A program made the position numbers and the translations under genes. Positions 10,423 to 20,396 of a DNA stretch of 64,000 nucleotides are shown here, in pieces; position 1 is the stretch's first letter, and every line of letters begins with the position of its first letter. The notes beneath the pieces are model-generated. The model did not search any database and was not told the DNA's origin. It saw only the letters and a list, made by a program, of their open reading frames with translations. This DNA comes from an uncultured Actinomycetota bacterium (lineage in GTDB: Bacteria > Actinomycetota > Thermoleophilia > RBG-16-64-13). The stretch covers positions 372,083 through 436,082 of the forward strand of contig OY969565.1 in assembly GCA_963701105.1 (NCBI GenBank). Reading direction: 5' to 3'.

Positions 10423-11694
10423 ATGGATTGGAGAACTATGCGCCGACTGGGAGCCGTCCTACTACTGCTCTTGTGGCTCCTCGTAGGCGAGTCCGTATTC
10501 CCTGGGATCTTTGCGACTGCGGAGGCCGCTTCTGCCACGCCCGCGTCCGCGCCGGCGGAGCGGCAGGTGTCAACGGAGATCCTGCCTCCGCCTGCAGGTG
10601 AAGACCAGTCGGCCGCCTCGGACCAAGCGCCTGCCGTGCAGGGCAAGTCGGTCATCCTGGTCAACATGGACGACGGTCGGGTCATCTACGAGAACAACGC
10701 CGACGAGCGGCGCTCGATCGCCTCCACCACCAAGATCATGACCGGTATCTTGGCACTCGAGATGCTCCCTCTCGACAGGATGGTCAAGGCGTCGGTGAAG
10801 GCCACCGAGGCCGGCGAATCCGAGATCTGGCTGGAACCGGGGGAGGAACTCTCGGTTGAGGACCTCATGAAGGCACTGCTCGTGCGGAGCGCGAACGATG
10901 CCGCCGTAGACCTGGCCGAAGCCGCTTCCGGCAGTCTCGAGGCCTTCATCGACGCCATGAATGCCAAGGCCGCAGAACTCGGCCTCACCAACACCCATTT
11001 CGCGAACCCACACGGGCTCGAGGCCAAGGGGCACTACTCTTCCGCCCGCGATCTGGCCACCTTGGCCCGCTACGCCATGCAGAACGAGGAGTTCCGCAAG
11101 TTGGTGGCCACGCCGAAGGTCACGATCCCGTGGCCGGGGCGACCCTACGACCGCGTGCTCGAGAGTCGCAACTCCCTCGTGGGTTCGGTCTCGTTCATCA
11201 CCGGGGTCAAGACCGGCTACACGGCAAAAGCCGGCTTCTGTTTGGTTGGATCCGGCGCCCGGGACGGCGTCTCGCTGGTGAGCGTCATCCTGGGCGAGGG
11301 TACCAAGGCAGCCGTGAACGACGATACGGTCAGCCTTCTCGAGTACGGGTTCACCAAGTTCCAGCAGGTGCCGCTCATGGACCAGGGAGTCTCGGTCGCC
11401 GAGATGGACGTGCCCTACCATTTCGGAGAGAAGGTGGTTCTGAAGACCGACCGCAAACTCGTGCGCACCCTGTACGCCACGGATGCCATCACCAAGACGG
11501 TGAAGGTCCAGGAACCGCTCGTACTCCCCGTGCAGGAAGGGCAGGTGCTGGGCAGGATCACCTTCGAAGCAGGCGGGTCGGTGGCCGGCGAGGTCGAGCT
11601 CGTGGCCGACAGATCCATCGACGAGCCCACCCTACGGGTCAAGTTGAAGTACATATGGGACCGGATGATCAATTGGCTGGGGAAGGCTGTGTGA
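10423..11694 (+). CDS. dacC: D-alanyl-D-alanine carboxypeptidase (PBP5/6 family, class A low-MW PBP)
   Basis: Signal peptide, then SxxK (ASTTK), SxN (SAND) and KTG (VKTGYT) motifs in the correct order. Confidence 0.85.
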   Translation: MDWRTMRRLGAVLLLLLWLLVGESVFPGIFATAEAASATPASAPAERQVSTEILPPPAGEDQSAASDQAPAVQGKSVILVNMDDGRVIYENNADERRSIASTTKIMTGILALEMLPLDRMVKASVKATEAGESEIWLEPGEELSVEDLMKALLVRSANDAAVDLAEAASGSLEAFIDAMNAKAAELGLTNTHFANPHGLEAKGHYSSARDLATLARYAMQNEEFRKLVATPKVTIPWPGRPYDRVLESRNSLVGSVSFITGVKTGYTAKAGFCLVGSGARDGVSLVSVILGEGTKAAVNDDTVSLLEYGFTKFQQVPLMDQGVSVAEMDVPYHFGEKVVLKTDRKLVRTLYATDAITKTVKVQEPLVLPVQEGQVLGRITFEAGGSVAGEVELVADRSIDEPTLRVKLKYIWDRMINWLGKAV

Positions 11695-11701
11695 CCTTCA
11701 G

Positions 11702-12649
11702 ATGATCCTCACCGTGACTCTCAACGCCGCCGTCGATAGGACACTGACGGTGCCGAATTTCCAGGTAGGTTTTCGCCATCGGGCCTCCGAGACGATAACC
11801 CTGCCGGGCGGCAAGGGCATCAACATCGCTCGGGTGGTGAAGACCCTCGGCCAGCCGGTCATCGCCACCGGCTTCGCCGGAGGGCGCACGGGTGACCGCA
11901 TCATCGCCGATCTGAACCGTGAGGGCATCCTTTCCGACTTCGTGCGCATCGAGGGCGTCTCCCGTACGTCCACCGCCGTGCTCGACCCCACCACCAACGA
12001 GACTACCGAGATCAACGAGTACGGGCCAGAGATCTCCGCAGGCGAACTCGAACTCATGTTGGAGAAGATCGACTACCTGATGAAGGCCGCCGATCTCGTG
12101 GTGATCGCCGGAAGCCTCCCGCGTGGCCTCCCGACGTCGTTCTACGACGACCTCATCCGGCGCGTGCGTGCCACCGGCGCTCCGGTGCTCTTCGACACGT
12201 GGGGTGAGCCGCTGCGGTTCGGTATCAAGGCGGGTCCGAGTGTCGTGTTCCCGAATCGCGTCGAGGCGGAGATGGTAGTGGGGTACGAGTTCAGCAGCAA
12301 CGGGGATTTCATACGAGCGGCAACCCAACTGCGTGAGCTGGGCGCCCAGTCGGCGGTCATCAAGACCAAGATGGGGTGCGTAGCGCAGATCAAGTACAAC
12401 GGCGACGTGCACACGCTCATGGGCAAGGCTCCTAAGGTCGAGGCCGTCTCCACCGTGGGATCGGGAGACTCCATCGTGGGGGGCTACGCGAGCCGACTAC
12501 TCGAGGGGGCTCCTCCCGAGGAGTGCCTGAGGTTCGGGTTGGCCTGTGCCGCGGCCAACGCCCTCCGACCGGGGGCCGGTGTTCTCCATCCCCAGGACGC
12601 CGAGCAACTTGCCGCCGGCGTGCAGATGGAGGAAGTGACCACGGTATGA
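11702..12649 (+). CDS. PfkB-family carbohydrate kinase (1-phosphofructokinase/tagatose-6-phosphate kinase-like)
   Basis: 315 aa with N-terminal [20 protein letters not shown] and C-terminal GSGDS..GG motifs of FruK/LacC-type PfkB kinases. Confidence 0.8.
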   Translation: MILTVTLNAAVDRTLTVPNFQVGFRHRASETITLPGGKGINIARVVKTLGQPVIATGFAGGRTGDRIIADLNREGILSDFVRIEGVSRTSTAVLDPTTNETTEINEYGPEISAGELELMLEKIDYLMKAADLVVIAGSLPRGLPTSFYDDLIRRVRATGAPVLFDTWGEPLRFGIKAGPSVVFPNRVEAEMVVGYEFSSNGDFIRAATQLRELGAQSAVIKTKMGCVAQIKYNGDVHTLMGKAPKVEAVSTVGSGDSIVGGYASRLLEGAPPEECLRFGLACAAANALRPGAGVLHPQDAEQLAAGVQMEEVTTV

Positions 12650-14193
12650 CCGTGCGCGACGAGACTCCGCGCAAGGTCGTGGTGCTCGACTTCGGCGGTC
12701 AGTACGCCCAGCTCATCGCCCGCAGAGTGCGCGAGTGCAGGGTCTACTCCGAGTTGCTCCCGTACGACACCCCGCTCTCCGAACTGAAGCAGGCCGATCC
12801 GGCAGGCATCATCCTCTCCGGGGGCCCACGGAGCGTCAATGACCCCGGGGCTCCCATGCCTGATCCGGGGCTCCTCGAGTTGGGTGTGCCTGTGTTGGGC
12901 ATCTGTTACGGCCTGCAGCTGCTGAGCCGCCTGAGCGGGGGCGTGGTAGCCCGCACCGACCGGGCCGAGTACGGCGGCATGGACATCGAGGTGGTGGCGG
13001 ACAGTCCCCTCTTCGAGGCCCTGCCGCGCGAGCAACCGTCGTGGATGAGTCACGGCGACGCGGTCATGGAGACGCCTCCCGGGTTCACGCTCACGGCCCG
13101 CAGCCGGTCGTTGCCGGTCGCGGCGGTGGAGGACGCGGACAGGCGCCTCTACGGCGTGCAGTTCCACCCCGAGGTGCGTCACACAAAGTACGGACAGGAC
13201 CTGCTTAAGAACTTCCTCTACGGCATCTGCGACATCGCGCCCACCTGGACGCCCGTGTCGATCATCGAGGACGCCGTGTCTCGCATCCGCGAGCAGGTTG
13301 GCGGCGGCCGCATCATCTGCGGACTGTCGGGTGGGGTGGATTCGGCAGTGGCGGCACTCCTGACCTACAAGGCGGTGGGGGATCAACTCACCTGCATCTT
13401 CGTGGACCACGGACTCATGCGTAAGGACGAGGGCGAAGAGGTGGAGAATGCCTTCGGGCACCACTTTCACGTGCCCCTGGTGCATGTGCGTGCGCAGGAG
13501 CGCTTCATCAGCAAGTTGGCCGGTATCGAGGATCCCGAGACGAAGCGTAAGATCATCGGGGAGGAGTTCATCCGCACCTTCGAGAGCGAAGCCCGGAGTC
13601 TGGGCGACGTCCGGTTCCTGGTGCAGGGGACGCTCTACTCCGACGTGATCGAGTCGGGCACGCGCGACGCCGCCAAGATCAAGTCGCACCACAACGTGGG
13701 CGGTCTTCCTGAACATATGGACTTCGACCTCGTGGAGCCGCTGCGCATGCTCTTCAAAGACGAGGTACGTGTGGTGGGCGAGGAATTGGGGCTGCCCGAC
13801 TCCATGGTGTGGCGCCAACCTTTCCCAGGCCCAGGGCTCGCCATACGCATCATCGGCGACGTCACCGAGGAACGTCTGCACATTCTGCGGGAAGCCGACG
13901 CCATCCTCTTGGAGGAGGTGCGGCGGGCCGGTCTCTACCGGGAGCTGTGGCAGTCGTTCGCGGTGCTCCCCGCTATCCGCAGCGTTGGCGTCATGGGCGA
14001 CGAGCGCACCTATGCCTACCCCATCGTCATCAGAGCAGTCACTTCCGAGGACGCCATGACCGCCGATTGGGCCCGGCTGCCCTACGAGCTGCTGGAGAGA
14101 ATATCGAGCCGCGTGATCAACGAGGTGCCGGGAGTGAACCGAGTGGCCCTGGACGTTTCGAGCAAACCCCCCTCGACCATCGAGTGGGAGTGA
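12646..14193 (+). CDS. guaA: GMP synthase (glutamine-hydrolysing)
   Basis: [20 protein letters not shown]... GATase-1 domain, SGGVDS PP-loop and C-terminal dimerisation domain. ATGA overlap with pfkB. Confidence 0.95.
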   Translation: MTVRDETPRKVVVLDFGGQYAQLIARRVRECRVYSELLPYDTPLSELKQADPAGIILSGGPRSVNDPGAPMPDPGLLELGVPVLGICYGLQLLSRLSGGVVARTDRAEYGGMDIEVVADSPLFEALPREQPSWMSHGDAVMETPPGFTLTARSRSLPVAAVEDADRRLYGVQFHPEVRHTKYGQDLLKNFLYGICDIAPTWTPVSIIEDAVSRIREQVGGGRIICGLSGGVDSAVAALLTYKAVGDQLTCIFVDHGLMRKDEGEEVENAFGHHFHVPLVHVRAQERFISKLAGIEDPETKRKIIGEEFIRTFESEARSLGDVRFLVQGTLYSDVIESGTRDAAKIKSHHNVGGLPEHMDFDLVEPLRMLFKDEVRVVGEELGLPDSMVWRQPFPGPGLAIRIIGDVTEERLHILREADAILLEEVRRAGLYRELWQSFAVLPAIRSVGVMGDERTYAYPIVIRAVTSEDAMTADWARLPYELLERISSRVINEVPGVNRVALDVSSKPPSTIEWE

Positions 14194-14201
14194 GGAGCAG
14201 G

Positions 14202-14741
14202 ATGACCAATAATGCAAAGCGGGCCGCGGACGAGGCGTTGCCGGAAGACGCACAGACGGCCGCGGAAGCGCCGGCGGACACTGCCGCCGAACCCGAGACT
14301 GACAGCACAATCGACCTGGGCACCGAGGCGGTCGAGTCAGGCTTGGGGGTCCCCGCGCGAACCCAACCGCGCGAGCGCAGCACCGACGACAAGTTGGAGT
14401 TGATCCACAGGCATACGTTGCTGGCGGCGGCTACGGCCTCGGGCATGAAGGCCGAGGACATACGCATCCTAGACGTTCACGAACTGGTGAGCTACACGGA
14501 CTTTCTGCTCATCTGCACCGGCCGGTCGGCTCGGCAGGTGGGGAGGATCGCCGAGGAGATCGCTCTCAAGTTGAAGAAGGAGTTGGGCTTGATCCCCACC
14601 AGCGTGGAGGGTGAACGACCGGGTGAGTGGGTCTTGCTGGACTACCTCGATTTCATCGTTCACGTCTTCACTCCGGAGGCTCACGACTTCTATCGACTCG
14701 ACGTACTGTGGAAACAGGCACCCACGGAGATCATCGAGTAG
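14202..14741 (+). CDS. rsfS: ribosome silencing factor RsfS (Iojap family) with acidic N-terminal extension
   Basis: C-terminal WVLLDYLDFIVHVFTPEAHDFYRLDVLW is the RsfS/Iojap signature. Confidence 0.85.
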   Translation: MTNNAKRAADEALPEDAQTAAEAPADTAAEPETDSTIDLGTEAVESGLGVPARTQPRERSTDDKLELIHRHTLLAAATASGMKAEDIRILDVHELVSYTDFLLICTGRSARQVGRIAEEIALKLKKELGLIPTSVEGERPGEWVLLDYLDFIVHVFTPEAHDFYRLDVLWKQAPTEIIE

Positions 14742-14875
14742 AGCCGTCCCCGCGGGAAGTGCGCCTGATCCTGGGCGCGAGGCCGGCGCCCCCCGGAGGC
14801 CGGTGGAGCAAGGCGGCCGGGGGGGCGTATTGCACGCCCCACCGACAGTCGGTATACTCCACCTCCGCCTGACGT

Positions 14876-14951
14876 GGGGGTATAGCTCAGCTGGGAGAGC
14901 GCGACGCTGGCAGCGTTGAGGCCAGGGGTTCGAGTCCCCTTACCTCCACCA
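14876..14951 (+). tRNA. tRNA-Ala (anticodon GGC), CCA encoded
   Basis: GGGGGTATAGCTCAGCTGGGAGAGCGCGACGCTGGCAGCGTTGAGGCCAGGGGTTCGAGTCCCCTTACCTCCACCA. Cloverleaf with G3:U70 Ala identity pair, anticodon loop CTGGCAG, T-loop GGTTCGAGTCC. Confidence 0.9.
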
Positions 14952-14968
14952 TAGTCTCGATATTCGAA

Positions 14969-14995
14969 CCGGGCCCGGCCATTGGCCGGGCCCGG
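14969..14995 (+). terminator. perfect GC hairpin (CCGGGCCCGGCC-att-GGCCGGGCCCGG) downstream of tRNA-Ala
   Basis: 12-bp perfect inverted repeat; a TTTT run follows about 20 nt downstream. Confidence 0.45.
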
Positions 14996-15152
14996 GGCGG
15001 TTCTGGACCGGGTCTTTTGGATGACCCCGTTGCGTAGGGGCTTTGGGGTCCGACTTCTTAGAGGTCCCCATGATTCGCGGGGCTCACCCCTGGGGAATGT
15101 CTTGCTCAAGGCGCCGCCCGTGAGTGCGGTGGCGACGGGTTAAGGGGAGTCC

Positions 15153-16427
15153 ATGAGTCTGGAGTACAAGGTCATCGAGATCTTCACTCGTGAGGGTGCT
15201 CGCTGGCGTCATCAGCCCCTGCACGAAGCGGTGGTCAAGATGGTCCGAGACCGTAAGCTTGCGGCCCGAGTCCTCGTGCTACGAGCGATCGGAGGCGCAT
15301 TCGAGGGTGGGGAGATCGTCTCCCAGCATATTCTCGATCTATCCTACGATGCTCCTCTCAAGCTAGAGATCATCCTACCCGCCGCCGAACTCGCAGAAGT
15401 GCTGCCCGCTCTCGAAGAGATGGTGCTGGATGGGGTGATCGCCGTCAGGGACATGCCCGTCGTGCTCCACAGAACTCACAAACGGCTCGTTCCCCGGCAC
15501 CTTCGGGTGCGTGACGTGATGAGCCCCGATCCCCTTCACGTGGGCCCACAAACGCCCATACACGACGTGGTTCATCTTCTAGCCGAGCACGAATTCAACG
15601 CCGTGCCCGTGGTCGAGGACGGAAGGGTCGTAGGGATCGTCAGTCAAGGTGACCTTATCGGTCGGGCGGGTATGCCCCTCCGCATGGGTCTCTTCGCCGA
15701 GTACGATCGACTTGAGCGGGAACGCCTGCTGCCCTCCGGTGCCCGGCCTGCGCGGGAGATCATGTCCTCGCCGGTGGTGACCACGTCGCCGGACGGGTCG
15801 CTGGAGCGCGCCATCGGGGTCATGGTGGCGAAGGACTTGAAGCGGATTCCCGTTGTTGACCGCGAGGGGCGGCTCGAGGGGATGCTGTCCCGCATCGATG
15901 TGCTGAACGCGGTATCGCGGCATGGCCCCGACTGGCACAATCTAGCCCGCCGTCGAGTTGAAGTGAGTGGACAGGTCGAGGTCCGCGACGCTGCCCTGCA
16001 CGACATCCCCGCCGTGCGGCCGGATGCCCCACTATCCGAAGTGCTGGACCTTATCGAGCAGCAAGGCCGCCGCGTCGCGGTGGTGGACTCGGCGGGGCAT
16101 CTTGCCGGCCTCATCTCCGACCGGGATCTGCTCTCGGCTCTGCCTGGCCGGCAGGAAGGATGGGTCGATCACCTGCGCCAGCTTTTCTCCACGGAGAATC
16201 GGGCGAGCGGCCGCGACCCGGAGGGCCTGTTGGAGTCGCTCACGGCGGCGGACGTCATGGTGAGCGACCTCCTCACAGTCCGGGTAGACGAGCCGATCGA
16301 GCGGGCGCTCGAACTCATGACAGAGCACCGCCTGAAGAGGCTCCCTGTGGTCACGGCCGATGGCGATTTCGTCGGGGTCCTGAGTCGCGATGCCATACTC
16401 CGCGCGGGCCTCGCCCAGGATGGATGA
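15153..16427 (+). CDS. DUF190 (PII-like fold) domain fused to four CBS domains
   Basis: N-terminal 105 aa match the DUF190 pattern (IFTREGARWRHQPLHEAVVKMVRDRKLAARVLVLRAIGGAFEGGEI...). Four CBS repeats follow (HRLKRLPVV, LKRIPVVD etc.). Confidence 0.75.
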   Translation: MSLEYKVIEIFTREGARWRHQPLHEAVVKMVRDRKLAARVLVLRAIGGAFEGGEIVSQHILDLSYDAPLKLEIILPAAELAEVLPALEEMVLDGVIAVRDMPVVLHRTHKRLVPRHLRVRDVMSPDPLHVGPQTPIHDVVHLLAEHEFNAVPVVEDGRVVGIVSQGDLIGRAGMPLRMGLFAEYDRLERERLLPSGARPAREIMSSPVVTTSPDGSLERAIGVMVAKDLKRIPVVDREGRLEGMLSRIDVLNAVSRHGPDWHNLARRRVEVSGQVEVRDAALHDIPAVRPDAPLSEVLDLIEQQGRRVAVVDSAGHLAGLISDRDLLSALPGRQEGWVDHLRQLFSTENRASGRDPEGLLESLTAADVMVSDLLTVRVDEPIERALELMTEHRLKRLPVVTADGDFVGVLSRDAILRAGLAQDG

Positions 16428-16509
16428 CCGCAGCGATAGAGGTAGCGGGATCGCCTCGACCCGCCGGTGATGCGGTAGCGAAGGGTATCAAGAGCCAAGG
16501 AGGGTTCTC

Positions 16510-17919
16510 GTGGAGAATGACGGTGCGCGGTACGACGCGGTCGTTATCGGGTCCGGCCAAGGAGGAAATCCGTTAGCCGTCGCCCTGGCGAAGGCCGGCT
16601 GGAAAACGGCAATGATCGAACGCGAGCACGTGGGGGGGACGTGCATCAACGTCGGCTGCACCCCCACAAAGACCATGGTCGCAAGTGCGCGGGTCGCGCA
16701 TATCGCACGTCGGGCCGCGGACTTCGGCGTGGACGCGGGCCCGGTCGGCGTCAACATGTCATCCGTAGTGCGTCGCAAGGACGAGATCGTGGCGAGCTGG
16801 CGGAAGTCTGGCGAGGATCGTTTGGCCGCCGCCCCGGGGTTGGACCTGCTACGGGGAGAAGCTTCCTTCTCGGGGCCGCACGTGCTCGAAGTGCGCATGA
16901 ACGTCTCCGACGGGCCGGGCGTGACCCGTTCACTCGAGGCCGAGCACATCTTCATCAACGTGGGTGCACGTCCCACAGTGCCGGAGCTTCCCGGGCTGGG
17001 CGACGTGCCCTGTCTCGATTCGACCACCGTGATGGAGTTGGACGTAGTACCCGAGCATCTGCTGGTGCTGGGGGGCGGTTACGTGGGCGTCGAGTTCGGT
17101 CAGATGTTCCGTCGCTTCGGCAGCGAAGTGACCATTGTGCAGCGCGGGAACGCCCTGCTTGCGCAGGAGGATCCCGACGTGAGCGAGGCTGTTGCGTCCG
17201 TCCTGCGCGAGGACGGCCTACGCCTCGTTTTCGAGGCGCAGGCCACGCAGGCCGAGGTCGGTTCCGACGGGTGGGTGACCCTAACGCTGGATTCCCCGGA
17301 AGGGCGGCAGACCGTCCGGGGCTCCCATCTCCTCGTGGCCACCGGCCGCACCCTGAACACCGACAGTCTCAACCTGGCGGCGGCCGGGATCGAGACCGAT
17401 ACCCGCGGCGCCATCATAGTGAATGAGCGGCTCGAGACGGGGGTGCCCGGGGTTTACGCTATCGGCGACGCCAAAGGTGGACCGGCGTTCACACACGTAT
17501 CCTACGACGACTTTCGCATCCTCCGCACCAACCTCGTGGAGGGCGGTGGTGCATCCATCGAGGACCGCCTGCTCCCCTACGTGGTCTACGTGGACCCGCA
17601 GCTCGGCCGCGTGGGACTGAGCGAGACGGAAGCACGGAAGCGGGGCATCGAGATCCGGGTGGCCAAGATGCCCATGGACTGGGTAGCCCGCGCCCTTGAG
17701 GTTGATGAGTCGCGAGGATTGATGAAAGCCGTGGTGGACGCAGCGAGCGACAAGATCCTGGGTTGCGCCGTGCTGGGCATCCAGGGTGGAGAGATCGCCT
17801 CTCTCCTGCAGATCGCAATGATGGGAGGGATCACCGCCGCCGAGTTGCGCGAGACGATGTTCGCCCACCCGACGCTGGCTGAGTCCATGAACAACCTCTT
17901 CGGTAGTTGGGAGGAATAG
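16510..17919 (+). CDS. FAD-dependent pyridine nucleotide-disulfide oxidoreductase (class I flavoprotein disulfide reductase; dihydrolipoyl dehydrogenase/mycothione reductase-like)
   Basis: GSGQGG FAD-binding motif, redox-active GGTCINVGCTPTK and C-terminal HPTLAE interface motif. No NmerA domain or C-terminal Cys pair, so not mercuric reductase. Confidence 0.8.
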   Translation: MENDGARYDAVVIGSGQGGNPLAVALAKAGWKTAMIEREHVGGTCINVGCTPTKTMVASARVAHIARRAADFGVDAGPVGVNMSSVVRRKDEIVASWRKSGEDRLAAAPGLDLLRGEASFSGPHVLEVRMNVSDGPGVTRSLEAEHIFINVGARPTVPELPGLGDVPCLDSTTVMELDVVPEHLLVLGGGYVGVEFGQMFRRFGSEVTIVQRGNALLAQEDPDVSEAVASVLREDGLRLVFEAQATQAEVGSDGWVTLTLDSPEGRQTVRGSHLLVATGRTLNTDSLNLAAAGIETDTRGAIIVNERLETGVPGVYAIGDAKGGPAFTHVSYDDFRILRTNLVEGGGASIEDRLLPYVVYVDPQLGRVGLSETEARKRGIEIRVAKMPMDWVARALEVDESRGLMKAVVDAASDKILGCAVLGIQGGEIASLLQIAMMGGITAAELRETMFAHPTLAESMNNLFGSWEE

Positions 17920-17971
17920 TCGGATCCCAATTGTCCGGGACGTCGATGGCGAAGGTTCAAAGGAGATGGGG

Positions 17972-18754
17972 ATGATGAAGGAGCGAAGTAGGGTGACCGT
18001 GTTTGCCGACCCCGAGTCTACGGCAGCCGGCGTCGCATCCCTGTTTGCTGAGGAAGCGGAGCGTGCCGTCAGCGCGAGGGGGGCGTTCAGCGTCGTCCTG
18101 TCCGGTGGAGGTACGCCTCGCAGAGCCTATGAGCTGCTCTCTCAATCTCCGTTGGTCGACAAGATTCCCTGGGAGGGGGCCCACGTGTTCTGGGGCGATG
18201 AACGCTGCGTGCCGCCGGACGATCTCCGCAGTAACGAGCGCATGGCTCGCGAGACACTTCTTGATAAGGTCCCGATACCCCCTCACCAGATCCACCCGCT
18301 TAACTGCGCCGACTCCCGGCCGGCCGCAGTGGCGGGCTACGAGTCCTTGCTCCGTGATTTCTTCGGGGGCCCGGCGGTCGCCCGTCCCGACCTCATCCTC
18401 CTCGGGCTGGGCGACAATGGGCACACGGCTTCTCTGTTCCCGTACACCCCGGTGCTTGCCGAGCGCGACCGCTGGGTCGCTGAGGTGTTCGTAGACGCGG
18501 CGGCCGGCGCCGGCACTACCGCCGCGGGCGAGGACCTCTGGCGGGTGACATTGACGGCGCCCTTCATCAACACGGCCGAGACCGTGGTCTTCGTGGTCAC
18601 GGGCTCCGCGAAGGCCTCGGTGGTCGGGGAAGTCTTGGAGGGGCCGTACGAGCCCGACCGCCTTCCGGCGCAACTCATCCGGCCGACCCAGGGCCGACTC
18701 TGTTGGTACCTCGACGAGTCCGCTGCGGCTGATCTTGCCCGGAGGGAGACGTGA
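17972..18754 (+). CDS. pgl: 6-phosphogluconolactonase
   Basis: VVLSGGGTPRRAYELL ... GLGDNGHTASLFP are the DevB/Pgl signatures. Confidence 0.85.
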   Translation: MMKERSRVTVFADPESTAAGVASLFAEEAERAVSARGAFSVVLSGGGTPRRAYELLSQSPLVDKIPWEGAHVFWGDERCVPPDDLRSNERMARETLLDKVPIPPHQIHPLNCADSRPAAVAGYESLLRDFFGGPAVARPDLILLGLGDNGHTASLFPYTPVLAERDRWVAEVFVDAAAGAGTTAAGEDLWRVTLTAPFINTAETVVFVVTGSAKASVVGEVLEGPYEPDRLPAQLIRPTQGRLCWYLDESAAADLARRET

Positions 18755-18810
18755 CCTCAGATACCATCAGGCTGCGGGTAGCCGGTGCGGGCGCGCTTGG
18801 CCGGCAAACG

Positions 18811-18839
18811 CGAGAGGCCCCCGGGGCGGGGGCCTCTCG
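18811..18839. terminator. bidirectional GC hairpin between convergent pgl and SLH gene
   Basis: gagaggccccc-ggggc-gggggcctctc, a perfect 11-bp stem. Confidence 0.5.
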
Positions 18840-18865
18840 TCAGAAGCAGGGTCGCTGGACGTCAG

Positions 18866-19717
18866 CTAGGAGCCGGCTCCCTGCATTTGGGCGAGGTTGA
18901 AGATCATCTTCGCCGCTTGGCCCCTCGTGGCGGTGCCGAGCGGGTCGAAAGTCGCCGCAGTCTTGCCGCTGATTATGCCGTTGGCATAGCAGACCGCGAT
19001 CGCCTCTTTCGCCTCGACCCCGAGGCCGGCGAGATCGGTGAAGTGCGCTCTATCCTGCGCGGTGGCCGGCGCCAGCAGGTCGCCGCCGATCCGTGCGATC
19101 ATCAGGGCGAGCTGAGCCCGAGTGATCCTGTTGTACGGGCGGAAGTTCCCGTCGGCGTAGCCGAGGATCACGTCGTTCTGGAAAGCCTCCTCGACGAAGT
19201 CGAACGGGTAGCGTGCACTTTCCGTTTGCATCAGCGGACGGGGGACGTCCTTGAACGTGGGATTGGACCAGTTGGTCCAGGCGTCGTCATGGAAGTCAAA
19301 CGCGACGACGAGGATCTTCGCAGCTTGGGCGCGCGTCAGCAGGGCGCTGGGCCGGAAGGTGCCGTCCGGATAGCCGTCCACGGCTCCCATAGTCCCGAGC
19401 CCCTGGATGTAGGTGAAGAACGTGTGTGTAGCAGGGACGTCGCTGAACAGGGGATCCTGGTTCGGCGGAGTGGGCGTGGTCGTCGTAGTCGTCGTGGGCA
19501 TCGTCGTGGTCGTGGTGGTGGGCAGGGTCGTCGTGGTCGTACTTGTCGTCGTGGTCGTGGTGGGTGGGGGTGCCAGGGCCGCCTCGACCAGCTTCATGCT
19601 CGCCGTGAAGCCTGCCCGGGCATACGGCATGTTGTGGACGCCGCTGCTGCCGTCGTTCTCCAGGAAGGCCACGTTCGTATCCGCCTTCGCCAGCAGGGCC
19701 TTGCCGTATTCGGACAT
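18866..19717 (-). CDS. S-layer-homology (SLH) domain protein: 50-aa N-terminal segment, Thr/Pro-rich linker, three SLH repeats
   Basis: Three repeats of the type FSDVPATHTFFTYIQGLGTMGAVDGYPDGTFRP, FKDVP...ILGYADGNFRPYNRITRAQ and FTDLAG...ANGIISGKTAATFDP. Poly-Thr linker (ACN codon repeats at about 19455-19575). No signal peptide detectable. Confidence 0.8.
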   Translation of the reverse strand: MSEYGKALLAKADTNVAFLENDGSSGVHNMPYARAGFTASMKLVEAALAPPPTTTTTTSTTTTTLPTTTTTTMPTTTTTTTPTPPNQDPLFSDVPATHTFFTYIQGLGTMGAVDGYPDGTFRPSALLTRAQAAKILVVAFDFHDDAWTNWSNPTFKDVPRPLMQTESARYPFDFVEEAFQNDVILGYADGNFRPYNRITRAQLALMIARIGGDLLAPATAQDRAHFTDLAGLGVEAKEAIAVCYANGIISGKTAATFDPLGTATRGQAAKMIFNLAQMQGAGS

Positions 19718-19848
19718 CCCGGCCCGCCACTCACCTTAGGAGGACGACGGCCTGACACTCGAAGGTCCTGCGTTGCCCGCCGGCTTGGACCGCATGCCGG
19801 CCCCATGCCCGGACGGTAACGCAACAGCTGCTGCGAGGTCCCCTGCCG

Positions 19849-20250
19849 CTACAGGTCCTGCAGAAGACCTATGACCTTAGCCTCGTCGGAGGTGAGTAGC
19901 ACAATGGTCATGGTGGGGGCATTCGTCGAGGTGGCGTGGATCTGGCCCACGTTCACGCCGGCGTCGGCCAGGCGGCGGGCGATGACTGCCAGTGTCCCCG
20001 GCCGGTTGTCCACCTCAGCCACGACAACAGGCGCCAGCCCCACTTCACCGCCCAGAGGCGCCAGGGCCTCGCCGGTGAGGCGATTGTCGCTGGTGAGCAG
20101 GAGGAACTCGGCCATGTCGCCCTTGTCGTAGGCGCCGATGGCGAGGATGTTGACGCCCGCAGCGTACAAGGCCTCTGACACTTCGGCCAGCAGACCGACG
20201 TGGGTGGGCGCTTTGAACAGGATCTCGTTCCTGAGTTCTGCCTTAGCCAT
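19849..20250 (-). CDS. ACT domain-containing protein (tandem ACT)
   Basis: The 133-aa C-terminal portion of ORF 19849..20658 with two beta-alpha-beta-beta-alpha-beta ACT-like halves. The upstream part of the ORF is Arg-rich frame noise. Confidence 0.7.
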   Translation of the reverse strand: MAKAELRNEILFKAPTHVGLLAEVSEALYAAGVNILAIGAYDKGDMAEFLLLTSDNRLTGEALAPLGGEVGLAPVVVAEVDNRPGTLAVIARRLADAGVNVGQIHATSTNAPTMTIVLLTSDEAKVIGLLQDL

Positions 20251-20396
20251 GATGACGCTCCCTATTCGTGGTGTTGACTTAGGGATACCAAGAATCCTTG
20301 ATATGTATTCCGCGTGCCCGCCTCCGCGCGACCGGGGTCGTCCCTCCGCGCCGGCGATCCCATCCTCGGCGAGACCGGGTTGGTCGCGCTGGCGCG

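Noticed and set aside
19413-19739. Plus-strand ORF encoding poly-Val (VVVVVV...) and other overlapping frames across the SLH gene linker
   Set aside because: These are reverse-complement and alternative-frame readings of the ACN/CCN codon repeat that encodes the Thr/Pro linker.
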